Shown one piece after another: positions 1 to 9,527 of a stretch of DNA of 64,000 nucleotides. The DNA comes from a virus. Its lineage: Duplodnaviria > Caudoviricetes. Location of the stretch: the IMG/VR virus record IMGVR_UViG_3300044645_001661; one strand, 5' to 3'. A program made the translations under genes and the position numbers. The first letter of the stretch is position 1; each line of letters starts with the position of its first letter. The notes beneath the pieces are model-generated. The model did no database searches, had not been told where the DNA came from, and saw nothing but the letters and a program-made list of their open reading frames with translations.

Positions 1-64
1 TCAAGAAATGGTTATTAGTACGGTTGACTATTAGATAAAAAATGATTATAATGTCTTTATTTAA

Positions 65-1039
65 ATGTATAGTACAAATGAGTGGGGAAAATTAAAAAAA
101 ATTATAGTCGGTGTGGCTGACTATGCAGTAGTTCCTCCAGTTGATAAAAGTTTAAGGACAATTAACTATGCGGATTTAAAAGATACCTCCACAGTAAAAG
201 TTGGACCATATCCAGATCAAGTAATTCAAGAAGCAAATGAAGATTTAGAAATACTTGTAAATTTTTTAAAATCTCAAGATGTAGAAGTTTTGAGACCAAA
301 AAGAGAAAAAACTGATTACTACAACTATTGCCCAAGAGATTGTGTATTTGTTCATGGTGAAGTTGCATTAGCAACACCCATGCCATTAAGGTCTAGACTA
401 GGTAATTGGAGATCTTATTCACACCATCTAACCGATGTGGTTGAAATGCCATGTTGCTATTTTGATGATCTCTATAATGAAGAATGTGTTGGTGATCCAG
501 ATATTCTTGCATTAACTGAAATAACACCAGCATTTGATGCTGCTAACATAATTCGGGCAAACAATGAGATTTTGTATCTTGTATCAAATAGTGGAAATAT
601 TGCAGGAGCAAAATATTTACAATCACTTTTAGATGAACACTACAATGGAGAAGTTCAAGTAAATCTTCTTCAAAATGTTTATTCATATGTTCATATTGAT
701 ACTACTATTGCATTTTTGAGAGAAGGTCTTTTACTGGCAAATCCAAGTAGAATAAAAGATAAAGATGATCTACCAGAACCATTTAACGAGTGGGAAATAA
801 TTTGGTGCCCAGAACCTGTAGACACTGGTTACTATCCAGGTTATAATCATGCATCACCTTGGTCCAATATGAATTTGCTTAGTGTTAGTCATGAGTTAGT
901 TGTTTTGGAAGAACATCAACATCCTACTAGAAAGGTATTGGAAAGATATGGGATTGAGTGTGCTATGCTTCCTATGAGGCAGCAAAGAACATTGAGTGGT
1001 GGATTCCATTGCGTAACTTTAGATCTTGAGAGGGAATGA
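65..1039 (+). CDS. Amidinotransferase family protein (glycine/inosamine-phosphate amidinotransferase-like)
   Basis: N-terminal NEWGKLKKIIVG, CPRD, FDAAN, HIDTT and C-terminal GGFHCVTLDL motifs give the Asp-His-Cys triad of the amidinotransferase fold. Confidence 0.85.
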   Translation: MYSTNEWGKLKKIIVGVADYAVVPPVDKSLRTINYADLKDTSTVKVGPYPDQVIQEANEDLEILVNFLKSQDVEVLRPKREKTDYYNYCPRDCVFVHGEVALATPMPLRSRLGNWRSYSHHLTDVVEMPCCYFDDLYNEECVGDPDILALTEITPAFDAANIIRANNEILYLVSNSGNIAGAKYLQSLLDEHYNGEVQVNLLQNVYSYVHIDTTIAFLREGLLLANPSRIKDKDDLPEPFNEWEIIWCPEPVDTGYYPGYNHASPWSNMNLLSVSHELVVLEEHQHPTRKVLERYGIECAMLPMRQQRTLSGGFHCVTLDLERE

Positions 1040-2259
1040 TTATGGAAATTGGATTTATTGGTTTGGGTAAATTGGGTATGGCATGTGCCGAAGAAATTTT
1101 TTTGCAAGGGCACAATGTATACGGATATGATATTTCACCTAAAGATAGTGATCTAATAAAAGTTAAAAATAATATCAAAGAAGTTGTAGAATTGAGTGAT
1201 ATTGTCTTTATTGCTGTTCCAACTCCCCATGATCCAGAATATGATGGAAGTAAACCATGCATGGATCTTCAACCAAAAGATTTTAGTTATGATATTGTAA
1301 AGGAATGTTTGGTTGAAGCAAACAAATATATGAATAAGAATCAACTACTTGTGTTGATTTCTACAGTTCTTCCTGGAACAACTAGAACACAGTTTTGTAA
1401 TTTGGTTACTAATACACGATTTGTTTATAATCCGTATTTAATTGCAATGGGATCTGTTGCTTGGGATATGGTTAATCCAGAAATGGTAATGATTGGAACC
1501 GAAGATGGGAAAACAAATGGTGATGCTAAACAATTAATTGATTTTTATAAAACAATAATGCAGAATGATCCTGCATATGTTGTTGGGACTTGGGATGAAT
1601 GTGAATGTATTAAAGTATTCTATAATACGTTTATTAGTAATAAAATTAGTTTTGTCAACATGATTCAAGATGTTGCTGAACGTTCTCATAATATTAATGT
1701 TGATGTTGTTACTAGTGCTCTTTGCTTAGGTGCTTCTAGAATTATTAGTACACATTATATGAAGGCAGGTATGGGTGATGGTGGTGCCTGTCATCCTAGA
1801 GATAACATTGCCCTTCGCTATCTTGCAAAAAAACTAGATTTGGGATATGACCTTTTTGAAGGAATTATGCGTTCTAGAGAAGTTCAGGCAAAAAATCTTG
1901 CGAAAAAATTAGTTGAACTTGCTAATGATGAATTGCCAATTGTTATTCATGGCAAAGCATACAAACCAAAAGTTCCTTATATTGATGGGAGTTATAGTAT
2001 TTTAGTTGGTCATTACTGTACGGAGATGGGCAAACCTCCAATCTATGTTGACAAATATACTGGAGACGAATATACTCCTAATGGTCCTGCAGTATTTCTT
2101 CTCGCACATAGTGCATCTACAACTTATTGGCATGATGGAAGTGATGACGAACTTTATTGTGATATTCCAGAAGGAAGTATTGTTTTGGATCCTTGGAGAA
2201 AGTTTAAATCGGACAATATTACTGTAATTCACTATGGTAATACCCGATTCAATCCTTGA
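1036..2259 (+). CDS. UDP-glucose/GDP-mannose dehydrogenase family protein
   Basis: Rossmann GFIGLGKLG, IAVPTP, STVLPGTT, YNPYLIA, IKVFYNTF (catalytic Lys), GDGGACHPRD (catalytic Cys). Confidence 0.85.
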   Translation: MIMEIGFIGLGKLGMACAEEIFLQGHNVYGYDISPKDSDLIKVKNNIKEVVELSDIVFIAVPTPHDPEYDGSKPCMDLQPKDFSYDIVKECLVEANKYMNKNQLLVLISTVLPGTTRTQFCNLVTNTRFVYNPYLIAMGSVAWDMVNPEMVMIGTEDGKTNGDAKQLIDFYKTIMQNDPAYVVGTWDECECIKVFYNTFISNKISFVNMIQDVAERSHNINVDVVTSALCLGASRIISTHYMKAGMGDGGACHPRDNIALRYLAKKLDLGYDLFEGIMRSREVQAKNLAKKLVELANDELPIVIHGKAYKPKVPYIDGSYSILVGHYCTEMGKPPIYVDKYTGDEYTPNGPAVFLLAHSASTTYWHDGSDDELYCDIPEGSIVLDPWRKFKSDNITVIHYGNTRFNP

Positions 2260-2306
2260 CTAGAATTTTTAAATCTGTTATCCTTTTAAAGAGAAATTAA
2301 AAACTT

Positions 2307-2717
2307 ATGAAAATCATTGATACTAAAAAATATATTGAATTCGTTCGACAAACAACTAGTCCTGCTAGCAGTGATTTTGCACAACTTCTTGCTCGTATGA
2401 CTGAACTCGAAGCAACTCATGATGCTGATGTTCCTCGTCTTTTGACTGCTGCTTTTGGTATCAGTGCAGAAGCAGGTGAGTTTACTGAAGTTGTAAAAAA
2501 AATCTTCCTTCAAGGAAAACCTTATAATGAAGAAAATGTTTTTCACCTGAAACGTGAACTTGGTGATATTTGTTGGTATCTTGCACAAGCTTGTATGGCA
2601 CTTGACACTAACTTTGAAGAAGTTCTTCAAATGAATTTTGAAAAACTGAGTGCTCGTTATCCTGAAGGTTCTTTTGATGTTTATCGATCTGAAAATCGAG
2701 TAGAAGGAGATCTTTGA
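2307..2717 (+). CDS. mazG: MazG-like nucleotide pyrophosphohydrolase
   Basis: GISAEAGEFTEVVKK and ELGDICWYLAQ motifs typical of cyanophage MazG. Confidence 0.9.
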   Translation: MKIIDTKKYIEFVRQTTSPASSDFAQLLARMTELEATHDADVPRLLTAAFGISAEAGEFTEVVKKIFLQGKPYNEENVFHLKRELGDICWYLAQACMALDTNFEEVLQMNFEKLSARYPEGSFDVYRSENRVEGDL

Positions 2718-2724
2718 TATTATG

Positions 2725-2748
2725 CCTCCCAAATTGGGAGGTTTTTTT
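2725..2748 (+). terminator. Rho-independent terminator
   Basis: CCTCCC-AAATT-GGGAGG followed by a T-run. Confidence 0.8.
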
Positions 2749-2755
2749 ATAAATA
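2748..2755 (+). promoter_or_regulatory. T4-type late promoter TATAAATA
   Basis: Exact T4 late consensus upstream of ORF 2781; the same octamer recurs at 8706, 15357, 44574, 45669, 55926, 60621 and 63051. Confidence 0.7.
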
Positions 2756-2780
2756 TTTTTATAATACCAAGAAAACTAAA

Positions 2781-3410
2781 ATGGATTTTTGTAACCCAGA
2801 TGGAATGAGGGATTTGTATAACTCTCTGTATCTTTCAGAAGAAGTTGATATTGAAGAAGGTAAAAAAGAGTTTCCTTATGCTAAAGTTGATAAACAAGAA
2901 GCAAAGCATAGAAAAGTATCTGTTTCTCAAAGGGGTGGTAGTAGAGGAACTTCAAGAAACCGTGCAATGAAAATGGATTCAATTCGCGGTGCGGTACAAC
3001 GTGGAGAAGATCCAAGAGCAGATGGATATGGTGGTGCTCGTGCTGCTCGCGGAAATCCACCTGAAGATCACCGTGCAGCATTTTCAAAAAATCCTTTAAA
3101 CAATCCCCCAAGACCAGTTAAAAAACCTGGAGTTAACAAAGAGGAATTTGAAGCTATTGTAGAATATTTGTTTGTTGAAGGGTATGCAGAAACTTTTGAA
3201 TCTGCAGAATTAATGGCAGAAAATATTGGTGAAAATTGGATTGAAGAAATTCTTGAGGGATATAAAGAATTTCCAACAGGTAAAGTTATGAATAAAGCTG
3301 GAAAGTTAATGGGTTCTTCTGCTGGTAAAACTGATACTACTAGCAAGAAAAAGGAAAAGAGGGGCATTAAGATGATGGATACAATGATGCAACATACACC
3401 AGATTATTGA
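2781..3410 (+). CDS. Cyanophage hypothetical protein; basic segments plus acidic EGYAET...WIEEILE domain (possible internal head protein)
   Basis: ORF after a late promoter; domain shared with ORF 15388. Confidence 0.65.
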   Translation: MDFCNPDGMRDLYNSLYLSEEVDIEEGKKEFPYAKVDKQEAKHRKVSVSQRGGSRGTSRNRAMKMDSIRGAVQRGEDPRADGYGGARAARGNPPEDHRAAFSKNPLNNPPRPVKKPGVNKEEFEAIVEYLFVEGYAETFESAELMAENIGENWIEEILEGYKEFPTGKVMNKAGKLMGSSAGKTDTTSKKKEKRGIKMMDTMMQHTPDY

Positions 3411-3442
3411 TAAATATATCATAATTTTGTCTTAGTCTCCTC

Positions 3443-3471
3443 TTGACAAAAGTTGAGAGGAGACATATACT
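3443..3471 (+). promoter_or_regulatory. Sigma70-type promoter for tRNA-Ala/Leu
   Basis: TTGACA-17 nt-TATACT, overlapped by the inverted repeat GTCTCCTCT/AGAGGAGAC. Confidence 0.75.
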
Positions 3472-3481
3472 TTGTAGATGT

Positions 3482-3552
3482 GGGGGATTAGTTTAGTGGT
3501 AAAACGGGTGCTTTGCAAGCATCAATCACCAGTTCGACTCTGGTATTCTCCA
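3482..3552 (+). tRNA. trnA: tRNA-Ala(TGC)
   Basis: Cloverleaf; acceptor GGGGGAT/ATTCTCC with G3:U70; anticodon loop TTTGCAA; GTTCGA T-loop. Confidence 0.95.
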
Positions 3553-3555
3553 TAA

Positions 3556-3635
3556 GCCCAAGTGGTGAAATTGGTAAACACGCATGACTTAGGATCATGT
3601 GCTTCGGCTTGGAGGTTCGAGTCCTCTCTTGGGCA
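3556..3635 (+). tRNA. trnL: tRNA-Leu(TAG)
   Basis: GCCCAAG/CTTGGGC acceptor; CATGA-CTTAGGA-TCATG anticodon arm; long variable arm. Confidence 0.95.
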
Positions 3636-3667
3636 CTAAATATTTCAAATGCAGTTAAAATTCCAAA

Positions 3668-4747
3668 ATGGAACTAAGGGGTGCAAAGACGATAATAGAT
3701 GATTTAAAAAAACACTTAAAAAGTAGGAATAAAATAAAAATAGATATTCAAGGTGATTATGCATATAAAACTAACACCAAACAAACCACATTTGTAATTA
3801 TAAAATCTAATGATAGGTCTGACACTTTAGAAGTAGTTACTGATGCTTTAACAGATATTGGGGTAAAATATATTGAAGGGAGAGTTACAGGAAGTTCTTT
3901 TCCTGGATTGACAATAACTGATTTTAAAAAATTTGGTAAAAGAGAAAAAGAAATAAGAATATTATTTAAATTTCCAGATGGTGCAGATTCAAAATCTTAT
4001 AATATTTGGAATGAGTTATTAGATAAGCATGTTTTTCCTAAGAATTCTAGTTTGAAAAGGCAACCATCCAATAACTATGAATTAAATGTTTTGAGATTAA
4101 TTAATTCTAAAATACAAGAAAGTGGTAACGGAAAACCAATCGATATTAAAATAAAAAATAAAACATATAAAAATATTGCTGGATTTGTTGGTGGAGTTGG
4201 AACAAAAAAAGCAGATTTTGTTGTAATAGATTATGATGGAAATGAAGTATGCTTTATTTCATATAAAAGTGGATCCACCTCATTAGATTTCCAGCAATAT
4301 GGGGGAATAACCCAAAGGTCTGGAGATATTATATCTAATCATCCAGAGGTTAAAAAATTTAATGAAGATGTTGTGAATAACTGGGAAAGTTTATCTGATG
4401 ATTATACTACTTTACATAGAAAAATATCTGATAGAAATTTAAAAAAACAATCTGTATTTGGTAAAGATTATAAAAAAGCATCTGGATATGATAGCGTAGA
4501 TTTTTTTATTCAGGGGGATCCTAGATTTTCAGTAAGGGGATCTGTTTTACATATTATGTTCTCTACTAAAATTGTTAGAAAAGGTGATTTATCTGGATTA
4601 TCTAGAGATTATGATCCAGTTTTAGGTGCTAGAACTGGTGAAAGATATAGAAAGATAACTTATAATGGAAGAACCATATATGGAGTTAGAGGTGGTATTT
4701 GGACCAAAGGATATATAGTATCTAGAAGAAAAAATAAGGAAATTTAA
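3668..4747 (+). CDS. Hypothetical protein, putative PD-(D/E)XK (restriction-like) nuclease
   Basis: KKADF...CFISYK resembles D...SxK active sites; Lys-rich and very AT-rich. Confidence 0.45.
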   Translation: MELRGAKTIIDDLKKHLKSRNKIKIDIQGDYAYKTNTKQTTFVIIKSNDRSDTLEVVTDALTDIGVKYIEGRVTGSSFPGLTITDFKKFGKREKEIRILFKFPDGADSKSYNIWNELLDKHVFPKNSSLKRQPSNNYELNVLRLINSKIQESGNGKPIDIKIKNKTYKNIAGFVGGVGTKKADFVVIDYDGNEVCFISYKSGSTSLDFQQYGGITQRSGDIISNHPEVKKFNEDVVNNWESLSDDYTTLHRKISDRNLKKQSVFGKDYKKASGYDSVDFFIQGDPRFSVRGSVLHIMFSTKIVRKGDLSGLSRDYDPVLGARTGERYRKITYNGRTIYGVRGGIWTKGYIVSRRKNKEI

Positions 4748-4780
4748 TCAGTTCATAAATATTAGTATATCAAAACAAAT

Positions 4781-5371
4781 ATGAAAAGTTTCTCTCAATT
4801 CTTAAATGAATCTAGTAAGTCTCTTGCCTCAATTCATGGTAAGAGACTGGGACTTGTGCCAGATGGGCATGGTGGATTTTATGATAAAAAAACTGGGGAA
4901 TTTGTAGCTAAAAATGAAGGTGGTAGATTAAAATTTTATAATCAAAATCAAATTATTGGGGAACCAGATCCTAAACAAGTTAGAACAGCATCTAACCAAA
5001 GACCCGTTTCTACTCAAACTTTTTCTAAAAAAACAAAAAAAGAAAATTACATAATTGATAGAGAAAATGAACAAATATTGAGAGAAAAATATATTTCTGG
5101 TCAGATATTTAATGAGGGTGAAATTGTTGAAAATTTGAACACAGGTATGATTGGTAAAATAATTCGTAGAGGAACAAATTATTTAATTTGTGTTACTGAA
5201 GATAATGAAATGTTTAAATCTTGGATAAAAGATGTCGTTGAATGGACAGAAAAATCTGGAGTTCCCGCAAAACAAAGAGAAGTTGGTACTGATGAATATA
5301 GAAAATATGCTATGAAAATGACAGGAACAAAGAGGATAAAGAATTTCATAAATAAATATAAGGCAAATTAA
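4781..5371 (+). CDS. Cyanophage cytidyltransferase-associated protein apparently lacking the catalytic core
   Basis: N-terminal GLVPDGHGGFYD...GRLKFY and C-terminal IFNEGEIVENLNTG...IRRGTNYLIC...FKSWIKDV blocks, but no HIGH-type motif. Confidence 0.6.
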   Translation: MKSFSQFLNESSKSLASIHGKRLGLVPDGHGGFYDKKTGEFVAKNEGGRLKFYNQNQIIGEPDPKQVRTASNQRPVSTQTFSKKTKKENYIIDRENEQILREKYISGQIFNEGEIVENLNTGMIGKIIRRGTNYLICVTEDNEMFKSWIKDVVEWTEKSGVPAKQREVGTDEYRKYAMKMTGTKRIKNFINKYKAN

Positions 5372-5393
5372 AGTAATTTAATTTTTTAATAAA

Positions 5394-7808
5394 ATGTTAA
5401 GACATATCGTAACCGACCTTCATGAGGTCTATTTAAAAGAGTTTGAAGCACAACTTGGTAAAACTCCTACTAAACCACAATTGACCAAAAAGGCTCCTCA
5501 AAAAGAAGGTGGAGATAAGTCTGATTCTGGTGGAAATCCTGATGAAAAAATCAAAAAGCAAGCAAGACAACTTGCTTATGATACTCGTTATAAAGCAAGA
5601 AGAGAAGATCTTCCTTTAGAAAGAGCGTGGTCCCAAGTTCTTCAAAATTCATCTGCATCAGCCCCTGTTAAAGAACTTGCTAAAGGTATGGTATTTGGTG
5701 GATCTGTTAAAGAAGAGATCGAAGATAATATTACTGAAGCTGATGATAATAAAAAAGAGATGGTTTTAGTTACTCCTGCAAAGGGATACGGTAAACCATA
5801 TAGAAGATATGCTAGTTTAAAGAAAAAATATGAATTGAGAAAAAATCCACAGATTCAATCTGTTGTTGGTACTTCTTATGGAACTCCTTATGAAGGAGAA
5901 AAGAAAAAAGGAGAACAAACTGCTGCGGCACTTCAACATAAGACTCCAGAAAGGAAGTCTAAAAAAGATTATGATGGTGATGGAAAAGTAGAAAGTGGTG
6001 CAAAAGAATATCGCGGTGCAGTTCATAACGCGATTCAACGCAAAAAAGGTGGAAAACCAGATGGTAAAGATACATCTAATGTAAAAGAGTCATTCTCAAA
6101 TTGGAGAGAAGATCTTATTGAAGTTGCTGATATTTTAGATAATCAAAAAGACCAAAAGAAAATTTCTGAGAAAAAAGTAAACAATAAAATTAAAATCAAT
6201 CCTGATATAAAAGAAACTGTATCTCTATTTGGTGGAGAACTTATTGGTGTTCAGGAAATTACTGAAGATTATTTGATCGAATCTGTTGATATTGCATCTG
6301 AATATTTTTATCAGAATGGATTAAATGAATATGGACTTGATATGGTTATTGAAAAACTTGGACTAGAGAAGTTCACAGATTTTGTTTTTTATATTTCTGA
6401 AGATTATGAATTGACCGAGGCGAGAAGAAGTGGACGTATTGAACCAGTAACAAAGGGTGGTAAATCTGTTGGTTCTCTCAAAGGAGGAGCAAAAACTGCT
6501 GCTATTAATCGCCTTCGTAAAGAGAAGCAAGCAGCAAGATCTGGTGAAGGATCTAATTCTAAATCCTTAGGAATGACTGCTGCTCTTAAAAGTCAATCAT
6601 CTGTTGCTAAAAAAATTACAACTGATAAAGGTAAAAATGCAGTAGAAAAAGCAAAAGAAGCACAAGGTTCTAAAAAACCATTAAAAGATAGAATTGCTAA
6701 GGGTGTTCTTGGTGCTGTTAAGGCGTATCAGCAAGGCATGGAACGCCATAAAGCAGCGACTGCAACAGCTGGTAAAGCAGTAAAGGTTGCTGCGAAGGGT
6801 GCATCTGAGTTTGGTAAAGGTGTTGCATCTGGTGTAAAAACTGTAGGCAAAGCTGCAAAATCTGCACATAGAGTTCTTAATAATTCATATGAAATGGATG
6901 AAGCGGTTTATGGAGGAGTAACACCAGAACCAAAAGATACCAGAATGACTGTCACTGCTGCTGATAAAAAGGCAAATACTAAAGCATGGCAAAATTATAA
7001 ATCTGGTCATAAGGGATATAAAGCGGCGGCACATCTTCAAAATGAAGCAAAGAAGATGAAAGGTGAGGATCCTTGCTGGAAAGGATATGAAATGGTAGGA
7101 ACTAAAAAGAAGGGTGGAAAAGAAGTTCCAAACTGTGTTCCTAAAGAAGAAGTTTCTTTAGATGAAAAAATAACATCTAAAACTTCAAAAGAAAAAATTA
7201 TAAGTGATTTTGTAAAATCTGATGATCCAAAATTTTCTGGCGATACCAAAAAAGAAAGAATTAATAGGGCATTAGGTGCATGGTATGCAATGCATCGTAA
7301 TAAAAGTAAAGTAACTGAAGCAATTTCTACAGTAACTGGTCAGCAAGATAGTGAAGTTTCTAATAAGCAAAAAGATACTGAAAGAAAACAAATGCTTGCT
7401 GCACAACAAAAATTGATGCAGAAAAAGCAAATGCTTCAAAGGCAGCAATTCCAGCAGCAAAAACAAGGTAAATTACCCTTAAATTATGGAGAGAATATTG
7501 AATTAAATGATGAAGTAATTGATGAAAAAACAAGATACGCTAAAGAAACTGGTATTAATTATAGAAAGCAAAAACCACAACCTGAAGGTGGTAGTGCAAA
7601 AGGTGATAAAGCATTCCAAAGCGTATCCAAGATGATGCGTAATATGTCTGGTGGTAGACCTTCTGGACAAAGACCAAAGGTAAAAGGTAAAAAACCACCT
7701 GAGGCTGGTAAATATGGATCTGAGAGAGAATCACCTGCACAAACAGTAGCAAAGCGTCGTGCTTCTGCTCAAAGAGCACAAGATATGATGCATTCTAGAT
7801 TTGACTAA
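5394..7808 (+). CDS. Large Lys/Ala-rich cyanophage protein (possible virion internal polyprotein)
   Basis: 804-aa ORF with modules such as KDYDGDGKVES and CWKGYEMVGTKKKGGKEVPNCVP. Confidence 0.65.
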   Translation: MLRHIVTDLHEVYLKEFEAQLGKTPTKPQLTKKAPQKEGGDKSDSGGNPDEKIKKQARQLAYDTRYKARREDLPLERAWSQVLQNSSASAPVKELAKGMVFGGSVKEEIEDNITEADDNKKEMVLVTPAKGYGKPYRRYASLKKKYELRKNPQIQSVVGTSYGTPYEGEKKKGEQTAAALQHKTPERKSKKDYDGDGKVESGAKEYRGAVHNAIQRKKGGKPDGKDTSNVKESFSNWREDLIEVADILDNQKDQKKISEKKVNNKIKINPDIKETVSLFGGELIGVQEITEDYLIESVDIASEYFYQNGLNEYGLDMVIEKLGLEKFTDFVFYISEDYELTEARRSGRIEPVTKGGKSVGSLKGGAKTAAINRLRKEKQAARSGEGSNSKSLGMTAALKSQSSVAKKITTDKGKNAVEKAKEAQGSKKPLKDRIAKGVLGAVKAYQQGMERHKAATATAGKAVKVAAKGASEFGKGVASGVKTVGKAAKSAHRVLNNSYEMDEAVYGGVTPEPKDTRMTVTAADKKANTKAWQNYKSGHKGYKAAAHLQNEAKKMKGEDPCWKGYEMVGTKKKGGKEVPNCVPKEEVSLDEKITSKTSKEKIISDFVKSDDPKFSGDTKKERINRALGAWYAMHRNKSKVTEAISTVTGQQDSEVSNKQKDTERKQMLAAQQKLMQKKQMLQRQQFQQQKQGKLPLNYGENIELNDEVIDEKTRYAKETGINYRKQKPQPEGGSAKGDKAFQSVSKMMRNMSGGRPSGQRPKVKGKKPPEAGKYGSERESPAQTVAKRRASAQRAQDMMHSRFD

Positions 7809-7810
7809 AA

Positions 7811-8431
7811 ATGAGTGATACTTTTGATCCCCTTAAAGAATTCTTAAAATTTGTTCTTGATAGTGAAGAACTCATGGAAAAGGCCTCATCTGTTAATGAT
7901 GAGGAATTCCAAGATTATTTAAATGGAGTTCCTGGATTTAAAAAGTTTTACTTATATAATGATGGTGAATTTCAAATTCAAATATTTCAATGTCCTCCAA
8001 ATTTTATTGTCCCTGAACATACCCACCCAAATGTTGATAGTTATGAAGTTTATATGGGTGGGTCTATGTGTTTCAGTCATGGTGGAAATTGGGTATTAGG
8101 TGAATATGAAAAAATAAAGTATTTTAAGCATAATGATTATTACTGTATACGTGTTCGTCCAGAGGATCCTCATGGTGGGGTTATAGGACCAAAAGGTGGG
8201 CGTTTTATGTCTGTCCAAAGATGGATAAACGGAGTAAAACCAAGTTGTGTTGGATCGGATTACACTGGATTTACAGTGTCAGCTGAGCATGTTGGTGATG
8301 TTACTTTTGGCAAAGCTGCTTTTAAAGAAGAAATTTCATATAAGGATGCTGCCAAATTAGAAAAGTTTAAACCAATTTTTGAACTGGATAAAAATGGTGA
8401 AGTATGTGATGTATCACTACCAAAAGATTGA
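7811..8431 (+). CDS. Cupin-fold protein
   Basis: PEHTHPNVDSYE (cupin motif 1) and RPEDPHG (motif 2). Confidence 0.65.
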   Translation: MSDTFDPLKEFLKFVLDSEELMEKASSVNDEEFQDYLNGVPGFKKFYLYNDGEFQIQIFQCPPNFIVPEHTHPNVDSYEVYMGGSMCFSHGGNWVLGEYEKIKYFKHNDYYCIRVRPEDPHGGVIGPKGGRFMSVQRWINGVKPSCVGSDYTGFTVSAEHVGDVTFGKAAFKEEISYKDAAKLEKFKPIFELDKNGEVCDVSLPKD

Positions 8432-8483
8432 ATACAAAAACTCATAGATCTAAATATTTACAGATCCATTTTAGGAGATTACC

Positions 8484-8654
8484 ATGGGAGCAATTGTAGA
8501 AGTCTTAAGACCTGTACTGTTTGCATTTTTGGGTTCTTGCCATACCAAAAAATTAGTATGCGATCTTTTAGATCGTTATGTTAAATCCACTGATAATGAT
8601 GTTGATGATCTTATTTCATCAACAGTAAGAACTGCATTAATGAAAAATTGCTGA
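8484..8654 (+). CDS. Small hypothetical protein (56 aa), not in the ORF track
   Basis: AGGAG SD then MGAIVEVLRPVLFAFL...VKSTDNDVDD. Confidence 0.65.
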   Translation: MGAIVEVLRPVLFAFLGSCHTKKLVCDLLDRYVKSTDNDVDDLISSTVRTALMKNC

Positions 8655-8675
8655 TTCAAAAATAAAATTTTAACG

Positions 8676-8706
8676 GAGAGACCATAATTAAAGGTCTCTC
8701 TTTTTT
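8676..8706 (+). terminator. Rho-independent terminator abutting a late promoter
   Basis: GAGAGACC/GGTCTCTC stem plus T6, running into TATAAATA. Confidence 0.75.
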
Positions 8707-8748
8707 ATAAATACTTTTTAGGAAAATAAATTTTACGGAAGAAAAAAC

Positions 8749-9519
8749 ATGGCACTCTGGGGAAATAATGATGCTAAGTTTTCAGGAGGCACAGTATCTC
8801 TTAATTACAATACCCTCGTTGTAACTGGTGCTGGCACCTCTTTTGGTGCAGTTGGTGCTGCCGCTACTGGTGATGTAATTCGATTTGGAAGTAGAGATAA
8901 CTCTACTTATGTCGGAGATGCTGTAATTGTAAGTATTGCAAGTACGATTCAATTATCTATTGCGTCTACTGCTGGACTAAGTGGTGCTGCTATTTCGGGA
9001 CTTGGATTTGATATTAGTGAACTTCCAAAGTACACTGTTCTTGATAGTAATTATAGTCAGTTTAATACTCAAAACAATACTGCTGAAACAACCGTAGTTG
9101 TTAGAACAAGTGTTGCTGCTACTGCTGCTGTTGGTGTAGCAACCGTCGCAATCGCATCAACTTCTGGAATTATTGCTGGGGACACTTTTGTAAGTGGCAG
9201 TATTTCTAAAGTTATTGTTTCAATTGCTTCCACCACAGTATCCTTTGGATCAACAATTGCATCTTCTCTTGCAAGTGGTGCTGCTGTAAACATCACTAGA
9301 TCTAGTGGTACTTATCGTAAGAGTGTTTATGGTGTTGCCACTGCTGGCCGTGAATCTGCACTAACAACTAAGTATGAATTAACTCATGAAGGATGGGTTG
9401 GAGTTACTACTTATGTTGATAGTACTGGAGAATTGAGAGTTAAAAAAGAAACTCTTGTTGCAATGTCTGGTATTACTACAGGTAATACCCCAATCTATGA
9501 CGGTAACCCATTAGCTTGA
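8749..9519 (+). CDS. Virion structural protein (cyanophage conserved)
   Basis: MALWGNND start, GWVGVTTYVD...RVKKETLVAMSGI end, Gly/Ser/Thr/Ala-rich, late promoter upstream. Confidence 0.65.
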   Translation: MALWGNNDAKFSGGTVSLNYNTLVVTGAGTSFGAVGAAATGDVIRFGSRDNSTYVGDAVIVSIASTIQLSIASTAGLSGAAISGLGFDISELPKYTVLDSNYSQFNTQNNTAETTVVVRTSVAATAAVGVATVAIASTSGIIAGDTFVSGSISKVIVSIASTTVSFGSTIASSLASGAAVNITRSSGTYRKSVYGVATAGRESALTTKYELTHEGWVGVTTYVDSTGELRVKKETLVAMSGITTGNTPIYDGNPLA

Positions 9520-9527
9520 TATAACTT

